NCBI GenBank assembly: GCA_035267465.1
Contig: DATFLS010000364.1
Location: 1 to 40,185, forward strand
Source of the DNA: a bacterium
GTDB lineage: Bacteria; Fidelibacterota; JAANXI01
Length of the DNA stretch: 40,185 bases
Direction: 5' to 3'
Under the pieces are notes generated by a model that was not told the origin of the DNA, did not search any database, and saw nothing but the letters and a program-made list of their open reading frames with translations. Both the position numbers and the translations under genes were made by a program. Below are positions 1-9,187 of this stretch, one piece after another (positions within the stretch are counted from its first letter, which is position 1; each line of letters starts with the position of its first letter).

Positions 1-172
1 TACTGAATAAATGGAGACATCATCCTCCCGACCGCTCCGGTGGATCCGTTTTTGGTCGGGTCAGCGCAATCGGTTACCACAGCGGATTGACCTTATATAT
101 CGTTCGACATGGCAGGCATCAAGGAAGAAAGGCATAGAGGAATAGACGCAAAGTTCAAACAAGAAAGGAACG

Positions 173-1402
173 GTGACTGTCATGAATCAATTTACCAGGC
201 GGGAGTTTCTGAGGCGCGTCACATTGGCCGGCGCTACGGCCTATCTCATAGGCGGCGCCTCGCTGCGTTCCATATTCGGGGCGAACGACCCCTCGCCAGT
301 ATTTCAAATCACTGATATACCCAGGCATGACGGCGCACTTCGCCATGAAGGCATGGACGTTCTCCTGGATCTCCTGGCGCATCGTGGATTGCCGCTCTAT
401 CAATCCGAAGCAGACGCCCGGTGGAGCGGTGCAAATGGCTTGATTCACAAAGATGATGTGGTGCTCATCAAAGTGAATGCCCAGTGGAAGTGCCGCGGAG
501 CGACCAACACTGATGTGGTGCGCGGCCTGATTCATCGTATTCTGCAACATCCGGACGGGTTTGACGGAGAAGTGGTCATCTTTGAGAACGGCCAGGGCCA
601 GGGTGGGTTCAATGGGGATCCACGGGCCTGGGGCCGCTATGAAGATCACCCGGAGGTCGCCGGGGTGGTTGTCAATTCGGAACATCAGCAGCTGACCGTG
701 GATAAGTTAGTGCACTCGGTCTTTGCGGATGCTCCGGTCAGTTCCTATCTCCTGGATCCCATCCGCGAAACCTTCATCGCGGGGGATAATCATAAGCGGG
801 ATGGTTATCGCAAACGAAACACTCAGCGGGTGTCCTATCCCTGCTTCACGACTGCAGGGGGTCATCGAATCGAGCTGCGGGAAGGAATTTGGAACGGGTC
901 CGGATATGGGCAAAATCTGAAACTCATAAATATTCCCGTGCTGAAGACCCACGATGGCACAGGAATCACCGGAGTATTAAAACACTCCTACGGCATCCTC
1001 TCCATGGCTGATGGCTGGGGTGGAAATGTCCGCCATTATAAAGAAGCCGGAACCCAGTGCGGGAAAATGTACAGCATCGTGCGGCCACCCGCCCTGAACA
1101 TTGTCGATTGTATCTGGGTTACCTACGATCACCATCATATGGGTTACCCCCCGGGTTCCACCGAGCGCATGAATATGCTGCTGGCAGGTCCGGATCCGGT
1201 AGCACTGGATTACCACGGGAGCAAGCATATCCTCTATCCGCTGGGCGGTGAGCAGGATCAATGGCACGATCCGGATAATTATGCGGGACTCATCAATCAC
1301 CTCACCGGAGCCCAGCAATTACTGAATGACCAGGGCGGCATTCGTGGAACTCCGACAAAACAAGGGGATGAGCACCTTCAGGTGTTCTCCGGCACAGGCT
1401 GA
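173..1402 (+). CDS. Tat-signal secreted protein, DUF362-like
   Basis: 409-aa ORF. The N-terminus MNQFTRREFLRRVTLAGATAYL is a twin-arginine signal (RREFL). The motifs VVLIKVNAQW and NIPVLKTHDGTGITG match my recollection of DUF362 (PF04015) family proteins. The start is either GTG 173 or ATG 182. Confidence 0.6.
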   Translation: MTVMNQFTRREFLRRVTLAGATAYLIGGASLRSIFGANDPSPVFQITDIPRHDGALRHEGMDVLLDLLAHRGLPLYQSEADARWSGANGLIHKDDVVLIKVNAQWKCRGATNTDVVRGLIHRILQHPDGFDGEVVIFENGQGQGGFNGDPRAWGRYEDHPEVAGVVVNSEHQQLTVDKLVHSVFADAPVSSYLLDPIRETFIAGDNHKRDGYRKRNTQRVSYPCFTTAGGHRIELREGIWNGSGYGQNLKLINIPVLKTHDGTGITGVLKHSYGILSMADGWGGNVRHYKEAGTQCGKMYSIVRPPALNIVDCIWVTYDHHHMGYPPGSTERMNMLLAGPDPVALDYHGSKHILYPLGGEQDQWHDPDNYAGLINHLTGAQQLLNDQGGIRGTPTKQGDEHLQVFSGTG

Positions 1403-1861
1403 ACCGGCCCATCAGGCACACCTTTTGAAACTGACTGAGGGAGGCGATGATCTCCTGGGTGGTGATATCCGGTGACATATTGTGGATAATCGACCCGTCG
1501 CTCTCGTATCCCAGCGTGGAATTGAATGGCAAATACCGGTAACCAGAGGCAAATTTTACCCTATAATAGCCTGTGATAGGTAAAATATTCCGCCTCCTGG
1601 CATTGTATGATTTTTTATGCGAAATTTTAGCAAAAATTGTCAATACTGAACAGTCGGAGAGCGGGAGTGAGTTCGGTGGTTTGTTCCTTTGACACCCATG
1701 ATTGTTCGAGTCTGAGAGAAATCGTGACTATTAAAGCTTATTTACCTGTGGTCGATAATAGAGGCGCACGAGAAAATCCAGAATTCGTTTAACTGGTTAT
1801 CACGGTTCCGGGGCGAACATAATCTCACAAGAATCCATAGATCAGGGAGTGCAGGGACACC

Positions 1862-3244
1862 ATGGTGGTTATTCATATTATAGAGGATGATCCTCAGGTC
1901 CGGGGCCTCTTAAGCCAGGTGCTCAAATCCGGAGATCGGCAAATTTACACCTATCAAGACGGGGAAGAATTCCTCGACCGGTTTCCTTCCTTGCTCATCG
2001 ATATCGCTATTCTTGATTATAATCTTCCGGGGAAAAATGGTCTCCAACTCATGCGTATTATCAAAGATCAATTCCCTGATGTGGAAGCGATCATGATGAC
2101 CGGAGTCGGGGACGATCAGGTTGCCACGAGAGCCATGGAACTGGGGGCGTATGATTATCTGAACAAACCGTTGAATCCCCAGGAGATCCGTTTTGTGGTG
2201 GATCGGGCCATCAAATCGAAACTGGATGGAGACACCCTCTCTTACCTGTTTGATCAGCAGCGAAAATTATTAGGGTTCGGCGGACTCATTGGCAATTCGT
2301 CCGGAATGAAAAAGGTGTTCGAATCCATCAAAATGGTGAGCGAATCGACGATTACGCCAGTTGTGATTCGGGGAGAAACCGGGACGGGGAAGGGAATGGT
2401 AGCCCGCGTAATCCATACCAACAGCCAGAAGGGCGAGGTGCCGTTTGTGGAAGTCAACTGCGCGGCTATTCAGCCCACGTTGTTGGAATCCGAATTGTTT
2501 GGTTATGAGCAGGGCGCTTTCACGGATGCACGCCAACCTAAACGCGGATTGATGGAGGTCGCCAATGGCGGGACGTTCTTTCTGGATGAGATCGGCGATA
2601 TGGATCATGCGCTCCAGGCCAAGCTGCTCAATGCCATTGAAGAACGAAAAATTCGGCGTGTAGGTGGCATTGAGGATATCCCGATTAATCTGCGGGTCAT
2701 TTCCGCAACCAGCCGCCATCTGGAAGATCTGGTGGAACAGGGGAAGTTTCGCGAAGACCTGTATTACCGGCTCAACGTGGTTACCATCGACCTGCCGCCC
2801 CTGCGGGAGCGCGGTGATGACATCAGGCTCCTGGTAGATCACTTCCTGTCCCAGTTCAACAATGAATTTAACTTTGACGTCGCCGGATTCACAGGAGAGG
2901 CCATGTCAATTATCATGAACCATCGGTGGCCCGGGAATGTTCGGGAACTTCGGAATGTGATTGAACGGGCGGTGTTGTTGAAAAAAACCGGGACGATTGA
3001 TAAACATCACCTTGCACTCACTCCCGGGCAGGTAAACGGAGGGACGCCAGGGAGCCCGTCATCTAATAGTAAACAGCTCATCCCGCCGCAGGGCATCGAT
3101 TTCGAGCTGCTGGAACAACAGTATCTTTCCGAAGCGCTCAGAGTTGCCAAGGGGAACAAAGCCAAAGCGGCCGAGCTGCTCGGTATGACCCGGAGTACTT
3201 TTCGCTACCGGTTGAAAAAATACGGAGACCTGGTCGCAACCTGA
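1862..3244 (+). CDS. Sigma54-dependent response regulator (NtrC/Fis family enhancer-binding protein)
   Basis: It has an N-terminal receiver domain (EDD acidic pocket, phospho-acceptor context DIAILDYNLPGKNG, and K in NKPL). The AAA+ domain has Walker A GETGTGKG, Walker B FFLDEIGD, a GAFTDA loop (canonical GAFTGA) and the WPGNVRELRN signature. A C-terminal Fis-type HTH is present (AAELLGMTRSTFRYRLKKYG). Confidence 0.92.
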   Translation: MVVIHIIEDDPQVRGLLSQVLKSGDRQIYTYQDGEEFLDRFPSLLIDIAILDYNLPGKNGLQLMRIIKDQFPDVEAIMMTGVGDDQVATRAMELGAYDYLNKPLNPQEIRFVVDRAIKSKLDGDTLSYLFDQQRKLLGFGGLIGNSSGMKKVFESIKMVSESTITPVVIRGETGTGKGMVARVIHTNSQKGEVPFVEVNCAAIQPTLLESELFGYEQGAFTDARQPKRGLMEVANGGTFFLDEIGDMDHALQAKLLNAIEERKIRRVGGIEDIPINLRVISATSRHLEDLVEQGKFREDLYYRLNVVTIDLPPLRERGDDIRLLVDHFLSQFNNEFNFDVAGFTGEAMSIIMNHRWPGNVRELRNVIERAVLLKKTGTIDKHHLALTPGQVNGGTPGSPSSNSKQLIPPQGIDFELLEQQYLSEALRVAKGNKAKAAELLGMTRSTFRYRLKKYGDLVAT

Positions 3245-3482
3245 CTCACCGGAAAAATTGATCATATCGCTCGGCCTGAGTGAAGTACCTTAATCACTTC
3301 ACTATGCCCTTCCGGCACTCGCCAAAGCGAAATAATCTACGTTAAGCATTTGATAATCCACCATTTACTGCTAACAACTCCATTCCCCAGTTACACCCGT
3401 CCTGTTGTAATAACTCAGGCATAAAATTTGCGATACTTATCCGTTCAGGGATCTCTAATTCATTTAATTTAGGCAGTACCAT

Positions 3483-3981
3483 ATGAGTAAGGAGGGTGTC
3501 ATAAAACATGTAAACTGGATGATTGTTATCGTGATGGCACTCGGGTTCGGTGTACTTTCCAGTTGTTAAAACGCCTTCGGAACCCATCACCGTTACTGTT
3601 CAGCGGTTACCGGCCTCACGAATGGCCATCGGGCTGGCCCGGGCAAAGGACAACGGGGTGATTCTGCACGGGAGGCAGATAAATGCGCAGACCAGGGGCC
3701 GGGTCGGCGGTGAGCAAACCGGGGGGAGCTACATTGAAATTCCACCTCGTACCCTGAAGGCAGACATACCACTGACCTTTGCTATTTATGTGAGCGCGGA
3801 TGATGTTGTGATCTTTGGCTTCAGTCAGGGTAAACAAGATGACTTTGAATTCAAACCACACTCTGAGCACATTGAGTTTCAGGAGGGGAATACCCCAACG
3901 TTAGCGATTGGCAAAGATTTGGTGAGCGGCAGTGCGAATGCCGTCGTCAATTACGATGATCCGGACAAACACTACACCTAA
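3483..3981 (+). pseudogene. Small lipoprotein gene apparently interrupted by a 1-nt frameshift
   Basis: 3483-3569 encodes MSKEGVIKHVNWMIVIVMALGFGVLSSC followed by TAA. This is a complete lipoprotein signal peptide with lipobox L-S-S-C ending exactly at the stop. The 143-aa ORF 3550-3981 continues in the +1 frame with KTPSEPITVTVQ... directly after the Cys codon (junction AGT TGT T AAA ACG). The downstream ORF has no convincing SD or ATG of its own. Confidence 0.4.
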
Positions 3982-4463
3982 ATCATACACGATGGCGGTT
4001 ACTGGAATTAGATCATCAGGTTATCGAATTTCTCCCGCCATGGCTGGTGCTGGATGGAATAAAGTTGAGTTCGGTATGATCGTTTGGTGTGCGGTGCCCA
4101 CACTCCAGTTGATTCATATTACCTACTGCAACGATGGAAACCTCTTGAGAGAAACTCGGGCGCTCACAGCTTCCGGTTTTGCACTGGAACAGGTTTCATG
4201 CAGGTCATATATTTTATCCGAGTCACTTGAAACCAAGGACCTTCGATGGCAGTAAATTCAATGGATCGTAACTTCTCCGGACACCGGATTGCACACCGGC
4301 GATCGGCTCATGGTACATCCGGGAACGGCTCCACCCTGGTTGAGCCAGTTCACAATCCGGGGTGCACGGGAGAAGATCCATCAATAGGGTGAATGGCTGA
4401 AGAAGTGGGGGGCAATGACTTAACAGCTCGATTCAAAGATTTCAGGGATGATAGTGGATTGGT

Positions 4464-5732
4464 ATGAATCAATTACAAACGTTTCCCGCCAGCAAAGAAA
4501 AATCTGTCGCCCCGTTCTTTGAGGATTTGTTTGATATCATTCTCGAATACGGCAGTCAACAAATCATCGAGAAATTCATTTATGTCAAGAAACACCAGGA
4601 AAACTACTTAAAGGTCCACTGGGAGAATACCTCCGAGCATATCGAGCTCAATATTTTTCGGGAGATCGATTATGCGTATTTGCTCTCGCTATTCCGTTCT
4701 CAGCTGTCCACATCAGGTCAACTGCTTTTTGAATCGCATTACCAGATTGTCAATCTTTGTCTCCAACATGGTGAATTTCAAAAAGCCCGGGCCGCCCTGT
4801 CGTACTTAAGCAGTATCATACCGGAAATGGATCTCTCCAAACAAGCGGATTTATTGATGCTGAAAGCAAGACTGGCTTTTTTAGCCAATGAATGGGAGAC
4901 CAGCCGGGTTCATACCCTCAAAGCTTTACCTTATTATAAACAACTGAACCATCGAATCGGACTGCTGAATGCGTATAATAATCTTGGCATCCTTGCTTTC
5001 GAACAATGGGAAACGGCGAAAGGAAAACGGTACTTTACCCGGGCGAAATACCTCATTAAATCCCTGCGTGAAGACTTATCAAATTCAACTGCCGGGAATC
5101 TCAGTATTGAGTCGAACTTAGGCGTCATAGAGGATATCCAGGGAAACTCAGAACAAGCGTTGACAATATTTAATGATATCCTTGTACAATTTTCGGATGC
5201 TCAGTCGCATATCAAAGTGAACACCCTTATTAGTAAAGGAATCACCCTGCGCAACCTGCACAGATTTCCAGAGACGAAACAGGTTCTCGAAGAGGCTAAG
5301 CAGCTGGCGATGGCGCACAGTTTTCACCGGTTGCTCGGACTGATTCATTTGGCCCTGGCTGACGTGGAGGTTCGGAATGGGGCATTCGAGAAAGCTCACG
5401 CTGATGCCATAAAAGCCTTTGCAATCTTCGCGAAATTACAGGATTCTGTCAGCCTTGCCGATACCTATAGAGTGTTTGGCATGTTGTACAGAGAGCAGCT
5501 ACAGTATGACCTGGCGGAATCGCAGTTTCAGCTTAGCTTAATGCTCAATAAGCGATACGATAATTTGTTGAACCTTTCAGAAACCTATTACGAACTGAGT
5601 CGTCTGGCCAAGAATCAATTGGAACCACGCCTCCAGAGAGAGTATCTCCAGGAGGCAATCAAGTACTCACAGGCGATGGATGCGGATCAGCGCACGAAGA
5701 GGCTCCAGAATGAATTAACAATGTTGGCTTGA
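4464..5732 (+). CDS. Cytoplasmic tetratricopeptide-repeat (TPR) protein
   Basis: 422-aa ORF with no signal peptide or TM segment. It contains repeated 34-residue-type helical motifs such as NAYNNLGILAFEQWETAKGKRYFTRA, LISKGITLRNLHRFPETKQVLEEA, ADTYRVFGMLYREQLQYDLAESQF and SETYYELSRLAKNQ. Confidence 0.75.
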   Translation: MNQLQTFPASKEKSVAPFFEDLFDIILEYGSQQIIEKFIYVKKHQENYLKVHWENTSEHIELNIFREIDYAYLLSLFRSQLSTSGQLLFESHYQIVNLCLQHGEFQKARAALSYLSSIIPEMDLSKQADLLMLKARLAFLANEWETSRVHTLKALPYYKQLNHRIGLLNAYNNLGILAFEQWETAKGKRYFTRAKYLIKSLREDLSNSTAGNLSIESNLGVIEDIQGNSEQALTIFNDILVQFSDAQSHIKVNTLISKGITLRNLHRFPETKQVLEEAKQLAMAHSFHRLLGLIHLALADVEVRNGAFEKAHADAIKAFAIFAKLQDSVSLADTYRVFGMLYREQLQYDLAESQFQLSLMLNKRYDNLLNLSETYYELSRLAKNQLEPRLQREYLQEAIKYSQAMDADQRTKRLQNELTMLA

Positions 5733-5979
5733 ATTTTTAGTACACGAGCCTGGTTATTTTAATTAACTTTGCCTCTGTTGCGCTTACTCAGTTTTATGGA
5801 GTTTACCAAATTACTGCATACACTCTGATGGGCGAACCCATATAGTCTGCTTTCTGAAAATGGGAGTGAAAACAGGAAACGGTCAGGAACCTGAATGTTT
5901 TTTCAGCCACGAAGTTGAGTTCATCGCCATCATTCAAATGTGTTGCGATGGGGATTTCGTATCGGGTTAATTATAGAGT

Positions 5980-7368
5980 ATGCTTTCATCAAAAATTACT
6001 GTCAATAGAGCTGACGGAACTATAGTGGAGATGGATCAGACTTTCCAGGAATGGATTGTCGACGGTTCCACAGAACACAACTCTATTAACAAGTATTTCA
6101 CTGTCCCTCACAATAGTTCTCTCCTGGAGATAATAAGAGACCAATCCCGGAAGAATCGTTTAATCCACCTGACGGCCAGTCCACAGTTCAATACCACACA
6201 ATTCGACGAAGTTATTATTTACGCCTATCTTTCGTCCCAACCGCAAGACCAGGAACTTTCATTATCCTTATATCCAGTAAAATCCGAATCCGTCCGGGAG
6301 CTGGCAACACTGGATATTCCGGATCAGGTCTTTGACGCCATTCCGGACTTTATGATTATCTGTTCACCTGACTATACAATTCAACGGGTTAACGCAGCGG
6401 CTATGTGGGTTTTTGGAGCCGGTATAAGTCTCGAGGGCAATAAGTGTTACAGAATTTTACGCGGAAAGGAATCGCCCTGCGATGATTGTCCTCTCCCGGC
6501 GACCCTCCAGAATAATGAGGTAATTCCCCTGGAATACTATGATACCGAGCGGGGAGAGTTCTTTGAACTTCGCACCTATCCCTACAAAGATGACGATGAA
6601 TTGCTGCAGGGATTTACGATTATTGACCGCCTGATCTCTTCACGGCAAAAAGAGGAAATGGAATTAACCAGAGATAAGAAATTACAAGCGCTGGGTCGCA
6701 TGGCATCGGGTATAGTGCATGATTTCAACAATATGTTGAGCATTGTTCTTGGCAAGGTCCAGTTACTGGGTCAGAAAATACAGGACAAGGCCTTCTCAGG
6801 GGAATTACAGACCATTGAGAAGGCAGTCGAGGCTTCCATAGATACCATCCGGCGATTGCAGGATTTTACCCGGGATCGCGAAGAGGTGACTAACAAAACC
6901 TTCCAGCCCGTAGAATTAAACGGCATAATCGAGGAGGTGATCGATTATTCTAAAACCAAGTCCGACCGGGTGAAACAGAAGCATGGTTACCAGATTATCT
7001 TTGAAGAACGGCTGAATGAGGTGCCCGCTATCTCGGGAGATAAAGTCGCACTGAGAAATGCTCTGGTGAACATTGTGTTCAATTCCATCGACTCACTCGA
7101 AGTGGGCGGGGTGATCTCCATATGGACTGATCAGGTTCGGAATCAGATTGAAGTCGGGATATCCGATACCGGCATCGGGATGACCAAAGAAGTCATGGAG
7201 AAAATCTTCGACCCATTTTTCACTACGAAAAAACAGAAGGGAACCGGGCTCGGGCTGTCGGAAGTCTATGGTATCGTGAATCATCATAACGGGAAAATCG
7301 AAGTGGACAGCACCCCGGGTGAAGGCACAACAATCACCCTCTATTTTCCGTTAACCGTGAGCCAATAA
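5980..7368 (+). CDS. Soluble PAS-domain sensor histidine kinase
   Basis: 462 aa with no TM segments. A PAS-like region spans about aa 112-215 (FDAIPDFMIICSPDYTIQRVN...). The HisKA H-box is GIVHDFNNMLSIV. HATPase_c motifs are the N box LVNIVFNSIDS, the G1 box ISDTGIGM and the G2 box GTGLGLS. Confidence 0.9.
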   Translation: MLSSKITVNRADGTIVEMDQTFQEWIVDGSTEHNSINKYFTVPHNSSLLEIIRDQSRKNRLIHLTASPQFNTTQFDEVIIYAYLSSQPQDQELSLSLYPVKSESVRELATLDIPDQVFDAIPDFMIICSPDYTIQRVNAAAMWVFGAGISLEGNKCYRILRGKESPCDDCPLPATLQNNEVIPLEYYDTERGEFFELRTYPYKDDDELLQGFTIIDRLISSRQKEEMELTRDKKLQALGRMASGIVHDFNNMLSIVLGKVQLLGQKIQDKAFSGELQTIEKAVEASIDTIRRLQDFTRDREEVTNKTFQPVELNGIIEEVIDYSKTKSDRVKQKHGYQIIFEERLNEVPAISGDKVALRNALVNIVFNSIDSLEVGGVISIWTDQVRNQIEVGISDTGIGMTKEVMEKIFDPFFTTKKQKGTGLGLSEVYGIVNHHNGKIEVDSTPGEGTTITLYFPLTVSQ

Positions 7369-7461
7369 ACCCGCTAATTGTACCCAATCTGCGGTCCTGC
7401 AGAACTTTCCGGGTGAAAGATTAATCGTCATTATCAGGGTCTCGTCGGACTACGGGCTGGG

Positions 7462-7965
7462 TTAATCTCCCAGATATTCATCGACGGTCAGTGAAAATTT
7501 TATCTCTGCATTCAGTTCGGTATCTTTGGTGAAGCCCGCTTGCTTGAACACATGGATAGACCGCTGATTCATCTTATGTATTTTTGCGATCACCCGGTTT
7601 TTTCGCCAATCAAGAAAGGCCAGGTGCAATCCCTTCCGGATTGCCGCGGAACCATAGCCCTCCCCCCACTGAGAGCGATCACCGATCACGATTACTATTT
7701 CGGCCCCCTCCGCCTTCGGCACCAGTCGCAGAAACCCGATCGGACCATACTCCGGACGTGTGAGTAAATAAAATCTACCGTTCCGGTTGAACTGATGGGA
7801 AAATACTGGCAAACTGGATTGTCGGAGGGTTCGCCTGAGTGTATCAGCGACATTTTGTTCTTCATTCAGATATTCCACTACTTCGTCGTCATCCATCCAT
7901 TCGGTCATCTGTTCGACATCATCGCGGTAAATTTCTTGCCTGAGTTGTAACTCCTCTTGCATCAT
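7462..7965 (-). CDS. GNAT family N-acetyltransferase
   Basis: 167-aa ORF with an acetyl-CoA binding motif A-like segment, IGDRSQWGEGYGSAAIRKGLHLAF, and the typical C-terminal N..S..VF.K.GF (NQRSIHVFKQAGF). Confidence 0.8.
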   Translation of the reverse strand: MMQEELQLRQEIYRDDVEQMTEWMDDDEVVEYLNEEQNVADTLRRTLRQSSLPVFSHQFNRNGRFYLLTRPEYGPIGFLRLVPKAEGAEIVIVIGDRSQWGEGYGSAAIRKGLHLAFLDWRKNRVIAKIHKMNQRSIHVFKQAGFTKDTELNAEIKFSLTVDEYLGD

Positions 7966-8065
7966 ATTTATTGCTTGTCTGAATCGTTTATTGTGCTGGT
8001 TTTAATAAAGTAAGCTACTCTACTATAAACATCAAAGAACCGAATGGCGGGAACAGTTCAGGCTG

Positions 8066-8869
8066 CTAGCCGGCGACATCCTCACCGCCATCTACTCCGA
8101 TGATATTTCCTGTCATCCAGGTATTTCCGCCGTCACTTAAATCAGCAATCACCCTGGCAATGTCTTCCGGGCGTGTTAATCGTCCGCCCGGATTTTTCTG
8201 TGCGGCACGGGCCAGCATGTCGTCGTGTCCAGGTATTTTTCGTAATGCCGGAGTATCCGTAACACCCGCCCGAATAGCATTCACAGAAATCTCAAAACGC
8301 CCCAGTTCAAAGGCCAGCTGTCTCACATGGGATTCCAGCGCTGCCTTTGCCGCAGAAACCGCCCCATACGTTCGCCACACTTCATGCCCTCCCGAACTCG
8401 TCATCCCAAAAACGTGCGTGCCGGCGCTGATCAGATCACGTGTAAACATGTCCTGCACCCAATATACCAGACTATTGGCCATCACATCGAGGGTCATATC
8501 CAGGTGTTTTTTGTTGATAATCTCACTGGGATCGTCTGAAATAAAGGGCCGCAGGGTCCCGAAGGCGAGACTATGCAACACAACCATAACCCGGGAGGGG
8601 ACCTCATCATCCGAAATGTGTTCTCCCAACTCGTCCAGGGTTTTCGCCCGCAATTTCTCATCCGCGGCATTCCTGTTAAAAAAGAGTGCCTCAACCCCGT
8701 TCCCGGTAATTTCCTCGATAATTGCGTCTACCTGCGGTTGCATTGCTTTGCGATCAAAATGGATACCGCAGATATGGTACCCGCGCCTGCTCAACTCCAG
8801 CGCCGTTGCCTTCCCAAAACCACTGGACGCCCCCAATATGAGTGCCCATTTTTTTGCAATGTCTGACAT
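8066..8869 (-). CDS. SDR family oxidoreductase, enoyl-ACP reductase (FabL/FabI)-like
   Basis: 267 aa with an N-terminal dinucleotide fold, ALILGASSGFGKATALEL. The active-site spacing is Y-x6-K (YGAVSAAKAALES), as in FabI/FabL, rather than the classical SDR YxxxK. A strong SD (AGGAGGAG) lies 9 nt upstream of ATG 8869. Confidence 0.75.
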   Translation of the reverse strand: MSDIAKKWALILGASSGFGKATALELSRRGYHICGIHFDRKAMQPQVDAIIEEITGNGVEALFFNRNAADEKLRAKTLDELGEHISDDEVPSRVMVVLHSLAFGTLRPFISDDPSEIINKKHLDMTLDVMANSLVYWVQDMFTRDLISAGTHVFGMTSSGGHEVWRTYGAVSAAKAALESHVRQLAFELGRFEISVNAIRAGVTDTPALRKIPGHDDMLARAAQKNPGGRLTRPEDIARVIADLSDGGNTWMTGNIIGVDGGEDVAG

Positions 8870-9187
8870 ATATTGTCGCTCCTCCTGTTCATTCCCATGA
8901 ATTAATTCAGGGAAGCTAGGTTTCTTCCACGTTAATTACAAGCGGAAAGTCTGCAATCGACCCCGTCCGATCAGTCTGATACCGGCCTTGCGCAATTGTT
9001 ACCGAACCAACTGTTCGATACGGAACGCGCTGCCTGTTTACTGGGACACATCGGGGACAATTCTGTGATTTTATGATCCAGATCAAGTGAACGACCCATA
9101 AATCATTTCTGCATTAAGAAATCCAGATTCCTCGTCGATATTAGTCTCACGACAACAAACAAATTCCTATGGCGAGGAGAAAAAAGC

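Noticed and set aside
1302-1643. 113-aa minus-strand ORF in the 459-bp gap between the DUF362-like gene and the response regulator gene.
   Set aside because: It overlaps the 3' end of the DUF362-like gene by about 100 nt and has no recognisable motifs or SD. It may be a degraded remnant, but I cannot support a call. A T-loop-like GTTCGAGTC near 1701 lacks any tRNA acceptor or anticodon arms.
3535-3549. TGGCAC-N5-TTCG, which looks like a sigma54 -24/-12 promoter.
   Set aside because: The -12 element reads TTCG rather than TTGC, so the invariant GC is missing. The site also lies inside the lipoprotein signal-peptide coding sequence (codons ATG GCA CTC).
3982-4463. 482-bp stretch with no convincing gene (ORF 3932-4255 and a roughly 57-aa minus ORF) as a possible ncRNA.
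   Set aside because: I see only trivial 5-bp hairpins and no conserved-looking structure or known riboswitch motif. The ORFs have no SD or motifs. It is left unannotated.
4464-5979. The TPR protein as an RRNPP-type (Rap/NprR-like) peptide receptor with a downstream pro-peptide gene.
   Set aside because: The 247-bp downstream region contains only tiny ORFs (10 and 35 aa). None has an SD or an export signal. Nothing in the sequence supports a signalling-peptide gene.
8100-8900. Long antisense ORFs inside confident genes. The example is the 266-aa plus-strand ORF over the SDR gene. Others are 2270-2842(-), 18209-18892(+), 35735-36187(+), 38840-39679(-) and 39465-39968(-).
   Set aside because: Each lies entirely within a gene whose product has clear family motifs on the opposite strand. 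Their translations are low-complexity, Ser/Arg/Pro-rich and motif-free. They are shadow ORFs.
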